Shown: one piece after another, positions 17,006 to 27,199 of the stretch | Position numbering within the stretch: the stretch's first letter is position 1 | Layout: each line of letters begins with the position of its first letter | Assembly (NCBI GenBank): GCA_963677745.1 | Contig: OY782391.1 | Location: 928,001 to 992,000 of the forward strand | DNA length: 64,000 nt | Origin: Candidatus Altimarinota bacterium | GTDB lineage: Bacteria > Patescibacteriota > Gracilibacteria > UBA1369 | Reading direction: 5' to 3' | Translations under genes and position numbers: made by a program | Notes under the pieces: generated by a model | What the model was told of the DNA's origin: nothing | Database searches by the model: none | What the model saw: only the letters and a program-made list of their open reading frames with translations

Positions 17006-18201
17006 TATTTTATAAGGTTTAAATATATCTCGCCGATTTGCCGCGCCGACCTGGACCAGGAATATTTGTCCCTGTTTTGCCGCTTGAAATCGGCAGTTCG
17101 TCTTTTTAGTTTCTGATAGGAATCGAAACTATTATACAAATTTAATACAGTTTCGGCAATTTGGCTATTATCGGCTTTCATATCAAGAAAAACCGGTGTA
17201 TCTCCCGCCACTTCACGATGCACCGCCAGTTCGCTGATCAGAGCCGGACAGCCCAGCATCAGGGATTCCAGCAGGGGCAGATTGAAGCCTTCCCTGGTAG
17301 TCAGGGAGAAATAGGCCCAAGCCTGGCGGTAAAGCATGATCAGTTCGCTGTTAGTCAGAAAACCGGTACGGATGATTATTTTCTCCCATTTTTCCTGATC
17401 CATAACGATCTCCCTGAACAGGTTGTTGTTGAGTACGCTTCCCCCTCCCAGCACCAGTTTAAGGTCTGACAGCGGGGCAATTTCGTCAGTATAAAGATCA
17501 ACCAGTCTCTGCACGTTTTTCCGCTGATCATATCCCCCCATATAAAACAGGAAATTATCTTCCGGTTGCAGCCCCAGCCGTTCCAGAAGTTTACTGATGT
17601 CATTTTCAGAAAACTCGGGCGCCTCGTCAAATTCACTGGCATTGTAAATCACCGCCAGTTTTTCCTTGTTGAAACCTCCCAGTGCCAGAATTTCTTTTTT
17701 GGAATTTTCTGAAACGGTAAACAAAAAATCGGCCTGCCGGCATTTTTTCAGCGTGCAATTGTTATAGATTCCGCTCAGCAATCCGCGATGCAGATACTGT
17801 GTGTCGGTCCAGGGGATGGTGTCGTGTACGGTTACCGTAATCGGTACTTTTTCCAGTTTTTTATAAAGAGAGGGATAGGGAAGATGGACCAGATCCACGC
17901 AGTTTTCCCGGAAAAATTTGTGCAGGATCTTTCTTTCCCAGTGCGATTTGGAAAATCCCGCGCCCAGTTTTTTCAGAAAAGAATTCTCGGGCAACAGTTC
18001 AAAATGCAGATTGTCCTGATAACGAAGGCTTTTATCGACATCCTCATCCAGACGCTCGGGAATAGCAATCAGAAAATCGAACTCCGGATAGAATCTGGCC
18101 AGCTCGGAAAACGTATTGATGCAGTAACGCCCGATTCCGGTAAATTGTTTTGTAAAAAACCATCCGTTGACGCCGATTTTAAGCTTTCTGACTTTTGCCA
18201 T
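17005..18201 (-). CDS. Glycosyltransferase family 4
   Basis: TGIGRY, VTVHDTIP, RKNV, EGFNLPLLE, YSW motifs. Confidence 0.9.
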   Translation of the reverse strand: MAKVRKLKIGVNGWFFTKQFTGIGRYCINTFSELARFYPEFDFLIAIPERLDEDVDKSLRYQDNLHFELLPENSFLKKLGAGFSKSHWERKILHKFFRENCVDLVHLPYPSLYKKLEKVPITVTVHDTIPWTDTQYLHRGLLSGIYNNCTLKKCRQADFLFTVSENSKKEILALGGFNKEKLAVIYNASEFDEAPEFSENDISKLLERLGLQPEDNFLFYMGGYDQRKNVQRLVDLYTDEIAPLSDLKLVLGGGSVLNNNLFREIVMDQEKWEKIIIRTGFLTNSELIMLYRQAWAYFSLTTREGFNLPLLESLMLGCPALISELAVHREVAGDTPVFLDMKADNSQIAETVLNLYNSFDSYQKLKRRTADFKRQNRDKYSWSRSARQIGEIYLNLIK

Positions 18202-19255
18202 GACTGATTTCGATAAGTATATCGGTTATTTTTTCGGCAGCATTGTTCAGTGCCGTCTTTTTTCCGTTTACAGGTGTCATCAGAATATTGTCTATTTCTG
18301 CCAATAAATCAAATTTGGAAAAATCGATCTTATCTTCATTCAGTACTTTGGCCGGATGATGTTTGGCAAACGATTCGGCATTTTTAATCTGATCCCCGCG
18401 GCTTCCCGCAGAAAGGGGAATCAGGATGGCCGGCCAGCCCAGGGCTTCGATTTCCGACAGTGAATTGGCTCCCGCCCGGCCGATAAACAGATCGGTTATG
18501 GCAAAAATATTTTTCAATTCGTCACCCAGAAATTCCCTGACAAAATAACCTTCACGCTCCGGATTGGCGGGCAAATTGTTTTTTCCGCAGGCCTGGACCA
18601 GCTGGTACTTTTTCAGTATGGCGTCCAGGTTGCAGGCGATCAGTCCGTTGATAAATTGGGCACCCTGGCTGCCGCCCATCACCAGAATTACTTTCTTGCG
18701 GGGGGAGAATCCGGTCAGACTGAAGCCGGCGGAAGCGTTTCCCTGCAGCAGTTCGGCCCGGATCGGATTGCCGGTCAGCCGGACCCGTCTGTCCGCAGCC
18801 AGTTTATGGGCTGTTTCCATAAACGATACGCAGATAATTCTGGCAAATTTGGCGGCAATTTTATTGGCCAGCCCCATTTCCAGATCAGATTCATGGATCA
18901 CCACCGGTTTGCGGAGCAATCCTCCAGCAATCGCCACCGGCAGGCTGACATAACCTCCCTTGCAGAAAATTACTTCGGGCCGGAATTTCCGGATTATCCC
19001 GATGCTCTGAATTACCCCGCGCAGGGTCTTAAAAAAATCCGTAAAATTTTCACGGCTCCAATAGCGCCGCAGTTTTCCGCAGCTGATGGCCTTAAACGGC
19101 CAGCCCCTGGCTACAATCAGATCTTTTTCCAGTCCGCCGGCGGAACCGATATACAAAATCTCCGGCTGTTCGACTCTGGCCTGTAATGTCTCAAGAAGCG
19201 CTATATTGGGAGTAATATGACCCCCCGTGCCGCCTCCTGCCACTATAATTCTCAT
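18179..19255 (-). CDS. murG: Undecaprenyl-PP-MurNAc-pentapeptide GlcNAc transferase MurG
   Basis: GGGTGGH, KGGYVS, TGNPIR, GGSQGA, DQIKNA; start corrected to ATG at 19255. Confidence 0.95.
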   Translation of the reverse strand: MRIIVAGGGTGGHITPNIALLETLQARVEQPEILYIGSAGGLEKDLIVARGWPFKAISCGKLRRYWSRENFTDFFKTLRGVIQSIGIIRKFRPEVIFCKGGYVSLPVAIAGGLLRKPVVIHESDLEMGLANKIAAKFARIICVSFMETAHKLAADRRVRLTGNPIRAELLQGNASAGFSLTGFSPRKKVILVMGGSQGAQFINGLIACNLDAILKKYQLVQACGKNNLPANPEREGYFVREFLGDELKNIFAITDLFIGRAGANSLSEIEALGWPAILIPLSAGSRGDQIKNAESFAKHHPAKVLNEDKIDFSKFDLLAEIDNILMTPVNGKKTALNNAAEKITDILIEISHGKSQKA

Positions 19256-20423
19256 AATCGGAATGTTTAGATAGCTGCAAAAGTATTCCCGTCGCCACCA
19301 GTACCGACAACAGGGACGAGCCGCCATAGCTGATAAAGGGGAGCGTAATACCGGTCACGGGCATCAGGGCGATGTTTACCGCAATATTTATAAATGCCTG
19401 AAAAACAATCCAGGAAGTCAGTCCGATGGCGGTCAGCTGGATAAAACGGTTTTCCGCGCCCCTGGCTATCAGGTAGCCTCTCCAGGCAATCAGCCCGAAA
19501 GCCAGCACCACCAGGCTGATGCGCCAGAAGCCCAGTTCCTCGGCTGACGCGGCAAAAATAAAGTCATCGGTGGCCTGCGGCAACCAGTATGATTTTTGTA
19601 CTCCCTGCGTCAGGCCTTTGCCCCAGAATCCTCCGCTCCCCACGGCAATCTTGGCCTGTTCGGTCTGCCAGCAGAAATCCTCCTTGCAGCTGACATCACT
19701 GGCCACAAAGGCCGTCACACGGTCCCTGATGTGGGGCAGATTGGTCAGCAGTACGAAACTGGCAAAACCGACAATTAAAAATCCCAGCAACAGATGCCTG
19801 ATTCTGGCACCCGCCACAAAAAACATGGTTGTGGCTATCATCGCAATCACCAGCGAGCTCCCCAGATCCGGCTGCAGCAGGATCGGCAGCAGCAACGCCC
19901 CCAGAATCACGCAAAAAGGCAAAAAACCGTTCTGCAACGATTTAATCGAGTCGCGCTTTTTATCCATCCAGCTGGCCAGATAAAATATCAAAAACAATTT
20001 GGCAAATTCAGTCGGCTGGAAAGAAGTGTTGAAAAGAATCAGCCAGGACCTGGCAAAAGTGGTGTAGCGCGAGCCGATAAAGAGTACTACCAGCAAAGCG
20101 AGGATCGTCACAACCATCCAGAAAGGCGCGGTTTTCTTCCAGAATTTATAGCTGATTTTTGCCATGATCACCATCATCACAAAACCGATCAACAGCCTGA
20201 TCAGATGATTCCTGAACAGCAGATAGCAGTCCACTCCGGTGTCATCGCAATTGGGATACAGGACGTTGGGGGCCGACAGCTGTATTGATTTGGGCACGCC
20301 GATACTGGTAATCATCACCAGTCCGAAAACCATCAGTATAATTACAATGGCCAGCAGGATTCCGTCCACCTTCTTGCCGCCGCTTCTTTCACGATGTGAT
20401 TTTTTGGCCGCCAACAACTTCAT
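19191..20423 (-). CDS. ftsW: SEDS-family peptidoglycan polymerase FtsW
   Basis: QPTEFAK, LQPDLGS, TDDFIF, TGITLPFISYGGSS; located upstream of murG. Confidence 0.92.
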   Translation of the reverse strand: MKLLAAKKSHRERSGGKKVDGILLAIVIILMVFGLVMITSIGVPKSIQLSAPNVLYPNCDDTGVDCYLLFRNHLIRLLIGFVMMVIMAKISYKFWKKTAPFWMVVTILALLVVLFIGSRYTTFARSWLILFNTSFQPTEFAKLFLIFYLASWMDKKRDSIKSLQNGFLPFCVILGALLLPILLQPDLGSSLVIAMIATTMFFVAGARIRHLLLGFLIVGFASFVLLTNLPHIRDRVTAFVASDVSCKEDFCWQTEQAKIAVGSGGFWGKGLTQGVQKSYWLPQATDDFIFAASAEELGFWRISLVVLAFGLIAWRGYLIARGAENRFIQLTAIGLTSWIVFQAFINIAVNIALMPVTGITLPFISYGGSSLLSVLVATGILLQLSKHSDYENYSGRRRHGGSYYSQYSAS

Positions 20424-20520
20424 AGAGCCGGTTAAAAGCCCCCGAATACTAACAAATGGGTCTGCCAAAAGCAATCAACTAAGCTTGAAAGAGCGGCTTT
20501 CTATCTGCTACTTTATGGCC

Positions 20521-20985
20521 ATGCCGTTGATCACACCCCAAAATCGATTCATACTGCTTTATTCCTTCATTTTTGACGGGGTGTTTCTGGATCAGCTATC
20601 TAAAATACTGCTCAGCCAGGCTCTGGAAAAACCTCTGATCATTCTGGAAAATATGTTCAGCCTGAGCATCGAACATAACACCGGAATTGCCTTCAGCATC
20701 AACCTGCCTTATCCGCTGCTGCTTTTTCTTAATATTGCCTTATTCGGGGGAATAATTTTTTATCTCTTCCGTACACTGGATCTGCAAAAATTACCCTCCC
20801 TGCTGGTGATCGGTCTTTTGGCCGCCGGAGCACTGGGAAACCTGATTGACCGGATCAGACTGGGGTATGTGATTGACTTTATTGCAGTAGGGAAATGGCC
20901 TGTTTTTAATCTGGCCGACAGTTTTATTACAATTGCCGTCTTCCTTCTGATCGTGTTTTATGATAAAATAAAAAGACCAAATTGA
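20521..20985 (+). CDS. lspA: Lipoprotein signal peptidase II
   Basis: LDQLSK, NTGIAFS, GALGNLIDR, VIDF, FNLAD. Start is 20515 or 20521. Confidence 0.93.
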   Translation: MPLITPQNRFILLYSFIFDGVFLDQLSKILLSQALEKPLIILENMFSLSIEHNTGIAFSINLPYPLLLFLNIALFGGIIFYLFRTLDLQKLPSLLVIGLLAAGALGNLIDRIRLGYVIDFIAVGKWPVFNLADSFITIAVFLLIVFYDKIKRPN

Positions 20986-20991
20986 AATCCT

Positions 20992-21951
20992 ATGGAGGAA
21001 AACAACAACCAAAACCAAAATCCCCAGCCTTCTGCTTATCCTGATCAGCAGTTGCAGCAACCGCAGACTGGCCCTCAGCAAGCCGTTTTTAACGATGGAC
21101 AGTATCAGCAGCAGATGCCGCTGAACCAGACCTATGTTCAGGCTCCCATTCAGCAGACTGCCGGCGCTCCCCAGGCCGAATCCTATGGTCCCCGCCAGGT
21201 TTCCCTGTTTACGCTTTTCGCCAAGACTTTTATGGGACTGTGCGGAGGAATTTTCGGATCTCTCATCCTGCTCCTGATCTTTCTGGCCAGTTCATCCGTT
21301 TTACAGCCTGTACTCAGCCCGGCCGAAGCAACCGGAGAATCGGTTAATCCGATTTTTATCGTTATTCTGATGGCTATGATTTTCGCCACTACGCTTATCT
21401 CCAGCCTTTTAACCCCTTGGTTGCTCTCCTATACCGAAAGGCTGCGCTACCCCCGCATCGTCACCGCCATCTACCAGATTTTCATCGTCAACCTGATCAT
21501 TTTTGCCTTTACCGCCCCCATTTATCTCACTACTTCCACTTCCAATCTGGAACTTTCCGCTTTTGCCGCCGGTTTGCAGATCGTGATGGTCTCGCTTTCC
21601 AGCGCCCTGATTATGGAAATTCTCAATGATGAAAAATATCCGCTCTTGGCAGTTTATACCACTGTGATCGGAGTTTTGGTCGCCACCGCCGTTAATCTGT
21701 TTCTGTTTCAGATGATGAAGAGCGCCACCGTGCTGCTGTTTGCCGCATTACCCATCACTTGGGCCTCCATTGGCTTTTTCCAGGCCTGTCTGGCTATGAT
21801 TTATTACTGGTATTACATCAACTGGGGCAACGATTTCCTGGCCTCCACCACCAGTTACGGCACCGAATATGCCGGCGTGCAGGAAGAAGTGGAGGAAGCC
21901 GAAGAAGAACTTCCGGAAGACAAAGCCGGCGGAGATTTTCTGAAGAGCTAA
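20992..21951 (+). CDS. Hypothetical polytopic membrane protein
   Basis: Gln/Pro-rich N-terminus, about 6 TM segments, acidic tail. Confidence 0.75.
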   Translation: MEENNNQNQNPQPSAYPDQQLQQPQTGPQQAVFNDGQYQQQMPLNQTYVQAPIQQTAGAPQAESYGPRQVSLFTLFAKTFMGLCGGIFGSLILLLIFLASSSVLQPVLSPAEATGESVNPIFIVILMAMIFATTLISSLLTPWLLSYTERLRYPRIVTAIYQIFIVNLIIFAFTAPIYLTTSTSNLELSAFAAGLQIVMVSLSSALIMEILNDEKYPLLAVYTTVIGVLVATAVNLFLFQMMKSATVLLFAALPITWASIGFFQACLAMIYYWYYINWGNDFLASTTSYGTEYAGVQEEVEEAEEELPEDKAGGDFLKS

Positions 21952-21959
21952 ATGCATTT

Positions 21960-22418
21960 ATGCACAAAACACTGGTTCTATCCATTATCAATGTAATCGC
22001 ACTTTGTATCGTCATTTCGGCTATCAGTTTATTCTTTGTCCATGACAATCAATGGATCGGTTACATCCTGATTGCTTTATCAGTTCTCTGTTTGTTGTCT
22101 TTGGCACCTTTTAAGATTCCCGTCAGATCAGTGCAGCCGGATATTATTTTTGGCCTTATAGATAATGGAATTTTAGCGATTCTGGCAATTTTCGGAGCGC
22201 ATTTTGCCGGAGTAACCGGTGCTATTCTGGGGGGAGTTGTCGGCAATGCTCTTACCGATGGCATAGCTGGTGTTTTTGAAGGGCACTGGGCAGAAAATCT
22301 TAGAAATAAGGCAATTTCGGAAGAAAGAACCCTGCTGAAATCGGCGGTTGGAAAAATGGCCGGATGTCTCTTGGGAGCGGGAATAGTAATGGTAATTGCC
22401 AGCTGGCTCAAATTTTGA
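21960..22418 (+). CDS. Small membrane protein, TMEM65/VIT1-like
   Basis: FGLIDNGIL...GGVVGNALTDGIAG motif; start at ATG 21960. Confidence 0.6.
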   Translation: MHKTLVLSIINVIALCIVISAISLFFVHDNQWIGYILIALSVLCLLSLAPFKIPVRSVQPDIIFGLIDNGILAILAIFGAHFAGVTGAILGGVVGNALTDGIAGVFEGHWAENLRNKAISEERTLLKSAVGKMAGCLLGAGIVMVIASWLKF

Positions 22419-22422
22419 CTAA

Positions 22423-22448
22423 AAAAGCCCCTGTTTCCAAAGGCTTTT
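22423..22448. terminator. Possible bidirectional terminator
   Basis: AAAAGCC...GGCTTTT inverted repeat between convergent genes. Confidence 0.4.
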
Positions 22449-22472
22449 CATTCTTCGAAATAAAATTCCGGA

Positions 22473-23228
22473 TTATTTCTTCGTCTTCAAATAATCTCCT
22501 GCCAATTCCACTGCTCTCAGTACTTCGATCGGCACCATCCAGATGGTGGTGTTGGACTGATCGGAGGAAATATCGTTGATTGACTGCAGAGTTCTCATGT
22601 GCAGAGCGCCAGGGGATTTGACCATCAACTCAGCTGCCTCTGCAATACTCTTGGCTGCAACCACTTCACCTTCAGCACGTATGATAGCTGCTTTTCTTTC
22701 TCTTTCGGCTTCAGCAACTTTGGAGATTGTTCTTTTCAGATCCGGAGGTATGGCAATGTCTTTCAAATCGACATCTTCAACCTGTACGCCCCAGTTTACA
22801 GTAGCCTTGTCCACCAGTTGCTGAATAGTCTGGGAAATGGAATCGCGGTCTCTGAGCAGCTCTTCCAGTGTTACAGAACCAACCACGTTTCTCATGGTAA
22901 TCTGGGCCAGCTGGCTGACGGCATAATAGAAATTTTCCACATCCAGAATTGCCTTTTGAGGATCTGACACCTTGTAGTAAATAACGGCATTGATACCAAT
23001 CGGCACATTATCCTTGGTAATGGCTTCCTGCTCAGGTACGTCCACCGTCTTGATACGGATGTCCACCTTCTGCATGGACTGGAAAACAGGGATGATCAGC
23101 CTCCATCCGGGCTGCTTGGTCGATGAATATCTGCCCATGGTCAGCACAATGCCTCTCTCATATTGATTTACCTGTCTGACAAAGGACAAAATCAAAATTA
23201 CCCCCACCACTATCAGAGTAATTTCCAT
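22473..23228 (-). CDS. SPFH/band 7 (stomatin-like) protein
   Basis: VNQYERGIV, QEAITKDNV, QLAQITMRNVVG, AEAERERKAAIIRAEGE. Confidence 0.93.
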   Translation of the reverse strand: MEITLIVVGVILILSFVRQVNQYERGIVLTMGRYSSTKQPGWRLIIPVFQSMQKVDIRIKTVDVPEQEAITKDNVPIGINAVIYYKVSDPQKAILDVENFYYAVSQLAQITMRNVVGSVTLEELLRDRDSISQTIQQLVDKATVNWGVQVEDVDLKDIAIPPDLKRTISKVAEAERERKAAIIRAEGEVVAAKSIAEAAELMVKSPGALHMRTLQSINDISSDQSNTTIWMVPIEVLRAVELAGDYLKTKK

Positions 23229-23299
23229 AATTTGTTGGATTAATAAATATTTCGAACCAGATTATTAACTTATTCAAGGGCTTTTCCAAATATATGCGG

Positions 23300-23328
23300 T
23301 TGAAGAAAAGTGGCTTTTTTGGTATAAT
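23300..23328 (+). promoter_or_regulatory. sigma70-like promoter
   Basis: TTGAAG-17 nt-TATAAT upstream of the MscS gene. Confidence 0.55.
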
Positions 23329-23354
23329 TTAATGAATATCTCAACCAATCAAGG

Positions 23355-24779
23355 ATGCCGCTTCTCAATCAAATTCTAGGAATTGCCGTAGCACAGGCCC
23401 AAACCGCTACAGATAAAGCCGGTGAAGTTGCCAGCAGTACAGGTGGTGAGCTGACCAAACTGATTGGAAACTTTATTGCTTCCATCCCCCTCTGGATTGC
23501 CGCCATTGTGGTTGGTTTTTTTAGTTACCTTCTGGCAGTGGGAGTTAAAAAGGCTCTGGAAACAAAACTGACCGAACAGGGGATTGAGGAGGAGCATAAA
23601 GAGGTGAAAATTGTGGCAGGACGGTCCGCCTTCTTTGGCGTTTTGATTATCGGTATTACAGTTTCTCTGAGCATCGTGGGCATCGATCTCAAGCCGATTG
23701 TGGCCGCCGGCGCGTTCGGACTGGGTTTTGCCCTGCAGGACATTATTATGAATCTGATCTCCGGAATGTTCATTCTGGCTTCGCATCATTACACCATCGG
23801 GGATGTCATTTCCATGGGCGGCGTGGTCGGGAGAATTGAAGAGATTCAAACCCGTGCGACCATCATACGGGCTTTCGACGGCACCAAGGTGATCGTCCCC
23901 AATTCGGAACTTTTTTCCAATGTGGTTATCAGCAAAACTTCCAATCCCTACCGCAAAATGACTTTCGCCATGGGGGTGGGATATGGATCTAATCTCAAGG
24001 ATGTGATGGAGTTGACGCTGGCAGTTGTTAAAAGCATTCCCTGGGTACTTAGAAAACCCAAACCCAGCGTGATTTTTACCGCCTGGGGTGATTCGACCAT
24101 CGATTTCAACATCAATGTCTGGATTGATTCCAAGGGTGGAAAGTTTGTCAAAGTAAAAAATCGTGTCATCATGGATCTCACCAAGGCCTATGAAGAGGCC
24201 GGATTCGATATCCCGTACCCAATTCAAACCATCAAGATGGACAAAGGAGATGAAGCCGAGGTCAATCAGGCCGAGATGTCGGCACGTGTAAAGACTCTCA
24301 AAGCAAAATATAAAGCAATGTCCACCGATTCCAGCCATGCCGTGCCGGTCATGCCGGTATTGGTTCCGGTTGCTGCCACGGCAGCCCCGGCAGCCATGGA
24401 AATGACCGCCGCGGTTCTGTACGCAACCCCAGTTACGCCTGCCACAGTGGTTCCCGGTACGGAATCCATGCCGGTAGCTATTCAGACCACTCCCAACAGC
24501 CCCGGCCAGGATTGGCTGCATCAGGCATTGACCCAACAAATCGCCGCCACCTCCGGTACTACTGCTACACCTGTTCCGCAGCAGCTGGTCACACCTGCCC
24601 AGACTCCGGTAGAGCAGATCCCTCTCCAACCGGCCCAGCCACAACCGATTGTGTCGGCCGCCCCGGTTGCAACTTTGGCTGAAACATCTGCCCAAACAGC
24701 GGTTCAACCTGCAATTCAACCTCAACCGGCAGCAGTTGCCCCATCAGGTTCCCTTCCCGGCCCTACTATCACCGTTTAA
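23355..24779 (+). CDS. MscS-family mechanosensitive channel with long Pro/Ala/Gln/Thr-rich tail
   Basis: GLGFALQDIIMNLISG, IGDVI, VPNSELF, IPYP motifs. Confidence 0.9.
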   Translation: MPLLNQILGIAVAQAQTATDKAGEVASSTGGELTKLIGNFIASIPLWIAAIVVGFFSYLLAVGVKKALETKLTEQGIEEEHKEVKIVAGRSAFFGVLIIGITVSLSIVGIDLKPIVAAGAFGLGFALQDIIMNLISGMFILASHHYTIGDVISMGGVVGRIEEIQTRATIIRAFDGTKVIVPNSELFSNVVISKTSNPYRKMTFAMGVGYGSNLKDVMELTLAVVKSIPWVLRKPKPSVIFTAWGDSTIDFNINVWIDSKGGKFVKVKNRVIMDLTKAYEEAGFDIPYPIQTIKMDKGDEAEVNQAEMSARVKTLKAKYKAMSTDSSHAVPVMPVLVPVAATAAPAAMEMTAAVLYATPVTPATVVPGTESMPVAIQTTPNSPGQDWLHQALTQQIAATSGTTATPVPQQLVTPAQTPVEQIPLQPAQPQPIVSAAPVATLAETSAQTAVQPAIQPQPAAVAPSGSLPGPTITV

Positions 24780-24788
24780 TCCTCCAAC

Positions 24789-25163
24789 ATGGGCCTGGAC
24801 GATTCCAAAAATTCCTTGAGACTTGGCGAGTCGGCTTCGGAAGACCAGGAAGATGTGCTCACGGCCGCCGGGAAAGATCTCGCCGCTTTATTAATGCTGA
24901 AAAAATGCTATGAGGAGATGGTTGCTATTGCCAGGCCTTTTTCTGATCAGCAGGGCAAAATCAAGGCTCCGGCTAATCGTCTGCCCTTCGAGCGGATTTC
25001 CTCGCCGGTACAAACTGCCGTCAATAAACTCGATGGGGCCTTCATTGAAAGCATGGCTATGATGGAATTTATCAAGGTCTTTGAAGATGGCCTTACGGGA
25101 GTAAAGGAAAAGATTGCCAGATTACAGACTGCCGGAGAAGGAATGGGGCGAGACCTGAGATAA
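24789..25163 (+). CDS. Hypothetical protein
   Basis: 124-aa helical-looking ORF 9 nt after the MscS gene. Confidence 0.6.
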   Translation: MGLDDSKNSLRLGESASEDQEDVLTAAGKDLAALLMLKKCYEEMVAIARPFSDQQGKIKAPANRLPFERISSPVQTAVNKLDGAFIESMAMMEFIKVFEDGLTGVKEKIARLQTAGEGMGRDLR

Positions 25164-25326
25164 ACAAGGTTAACTGGAATAAGATCCTGCTACATCATTA
25201 ATTCGAAACAATCAGACTGCTTGCAGCAAGCCATATTCTATTCCGGTACAGTCATTTGTCATATTTTCCGATTGTTATTTTGCAGCGTCAGTCTATAAAG
25301 TTTTCCTGTAAATAATTTAAATTTTC

Positions 25327-26277
25327 ATGTCTGAACGTCCCCTTAAAATCTTTTCCGGATCATCGCATCCGGCATTGGCCGCCGGCATTGCCAAAGAACT
25401 GGGGACAGAACTGGATCCGGTTATGCTGGGGCAGTTTTCTGACGGATCCAACAAGGTCAGACTGCCCGACTCGGTTCGCGGTAGTGATGCCTATGTCGTT
25501 CAAACCTGCAGGCCTGGTAAAGAAACTCTGAATACGGATCTGATGGAACTTTGGATAATGATACACACCCTGCGAAGGAATAAGGCAGACCGGATACATG
25601 CAGTCATACCGCATCTCGGCTATGCCCGTGATGACAGTGAGTCTTCACCGGATTCAGATGAATACCGGAAATCAGTGGCTGCTCAGCTAATGGCTATTCT
25701 GACTGAAGCCGCCGGTGCTGATTCGATTTCCGCCGTGCATCTTCATTCCAGACAGGAATCGGCTTTTTTCCGCAAACCGGTTGATAATATCTATGCGACC
25801 AGATTGTTGGTGGATTATCTTAATAAAAAAAGACTCAAAGATCCCATTGTGGTGGCTCCCGATACCGGTGCAGCCAAGACCATTCGTTATGTCTCCAACC
25901 TGACCATCGGAACAGCAGGGGAAATTATAGTAATAAACAAGCATAGGCCGGCTGACAATGTTTCAGAAGTCACCGATGTCATAGGTGATATTGCCGGAAG
26001 GACCTGTATTGTCTGGGATGATATGTTTGATACTTTCGGCACCATCGAAAATGCCGTAAGGGCTTTACGGGAAAGAGGAGCAAACAAGGAAATATATGCC
26101 GTAGCCACCCATCCGCTTCTTACCGGATCAGCAATTGAAAAAATAAAGCGGGCGGAACTGGAAGAAATTATTTTCACAGACACTGTTCCGCTCTCTCCCG
26201 AAAAAAAATTATCCAATATGATGATTCTATCCGTTGCCCCGTTGTTGGCCGACAATATCCGCCGGTCCCATTATTAG
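25327..26277 (+). CDS. prs: Ribose-phosphate pyrophosphokinase (divergent)
   Basis: FSGSSHPALA, FSDG, GYARDD, VAPDTGA, DDMFDTFGT, ATH, TDTVP. Confidence 0.88.
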   Translation: MSERPLKIFSGSSHPALAAGIAKELGTELDPVMLGQFSDGSNKVRLPDSVRGSDAYVVQTCRPGKETLNTDLMELWIMIHTLRRNKADRIHAVIPHLGYARDDSESSPDSDEYRKSVAAQLMAILTEAAGADSISAVHLHSRQESAFFRKPVDNIYATRLLVDYLNKKRLKDPIVVAPDTGAAKTIRYVSNLTIGTAGEIIVINKHRPADNVSEVTDVIGDIAGRTCIVWDDMFDTFGTIENAVRALRERGANKEIYAVATHPLLTGSAIEKIKRAELEEIIFTDTVPLSPEKKLSNMMILSVAPLLADNIRRSHY

Positions 26278-27110
26278 ACCTGTCGAAGACGCGGATTCTT
26301 TCTGAACAGATGCTTTAGCTGATAAATCAATGCATCTTTGACGTGCTGTCGTAACGTCCATTTCTGAAAGAAGGCCAGGAAACCGCCCTCACTGACGCGG
26401 CGGCCGTCGGCGTGCACACGGACTTCCGGATAATAAACAACTTCATAGCCGGCTTTCCAGCATTGCCAGCACATTTCCGGGTCCGACATAAAAACAAAAT
26501 AGGACTTATCCAGACCTCCCAGCTTGTCCCAGAGTGATTTTCTCATGATCCAGAAGGAGGATTGCAGCCAGTCCACCGGCTGGGTTTTGGAATAGTCCAG
26601 ATGCTGCATTTCATCATAGGCAACCCATTTTTTGACCAGCGGCAGCCGGCGCAAAAAGGTCCGCCGTGCCACCTGTAAAAACAGTTTGGGGAAGGCCCGT
26701 ACCGTCATGGCTACTTTCCCGGAATTGTCATTGATCTGCTGGGGACCACAGATGCCGACCCGCGGATGTTTTTCCATATAGTCCACCAGCTTCTTCAGGA
26801 TGTCTTTTTCCGGCCAGATGATATCCGGATTTACTATCAGCAAAAACTCTCCCCGTGCCAGTTTCACACCCTGATTATTTCCGCGTATATAACCCAGATT
26901 TTTCTGATTAGTCAGAATCGTTACGTCCTCGAATTTCCTCAGTGTATTGAGCTTTTCAGCGTTGGCGGCATTACAGGAATTATCAACAATAATTATTTCG
27001 AATTCAAAATCCGTTACCTGCCTGTGAATGCTTTCGACGTTTTCACAGACACGTTTGCTTTTTAGAAAATCCAGAATAACTATGGAGGCCTTGATGGGTT
27101 GCTTATTCAT
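26274..27110 (-). CDS. Glycosyltransferase family 2
   Basis: IIVDNS, NLGYIRGNNQG, NPD. Confidence 0.9.
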   Translation of the reverse strand: MNKQPIKASIVILDFLKSKRVCENVESIHRQVTDFEFEIIIVDNSCNAANAEKLNTLRKFEDVTILTNQKNLGYIRGNNQGVKLARGEFLLIVNPDIIWPEKDILKKLVDYMEKHPRVGICGPQQINDNSGKVAMTVRAFPKLFLQVARRTFLRRLPLVKKWVAYDEMQHLDYSKTQPVDWLQSSFWIMRKSLWDKLGGLDKSYFVFMSDPEMCWQCWKAGYEVVYYPEVRVHADGRRVSEGGFLAFFQKWTLRQHVKDALIYQLKHLFRKNPRLRQV

Positions 27111-27199
27111 AATATTGATGCCGACGCCCGGATCATATCAAAAATAAATCAGTATTTCGACCTGAAATTGAACTTCAACAAACCGGAAACTGCGCCAAC

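Noticed and set aside
19191-19255. 65-nt ftsW/murG overlap as a frameshift or fusion
   Set aside because: Both proteins are complete; the overlap is just a C-terminal run-on into murG.
23376-24725. 449-aa antisense ORF
   Set aside because: Shadow of the MscS gene; no protein-like motifs.
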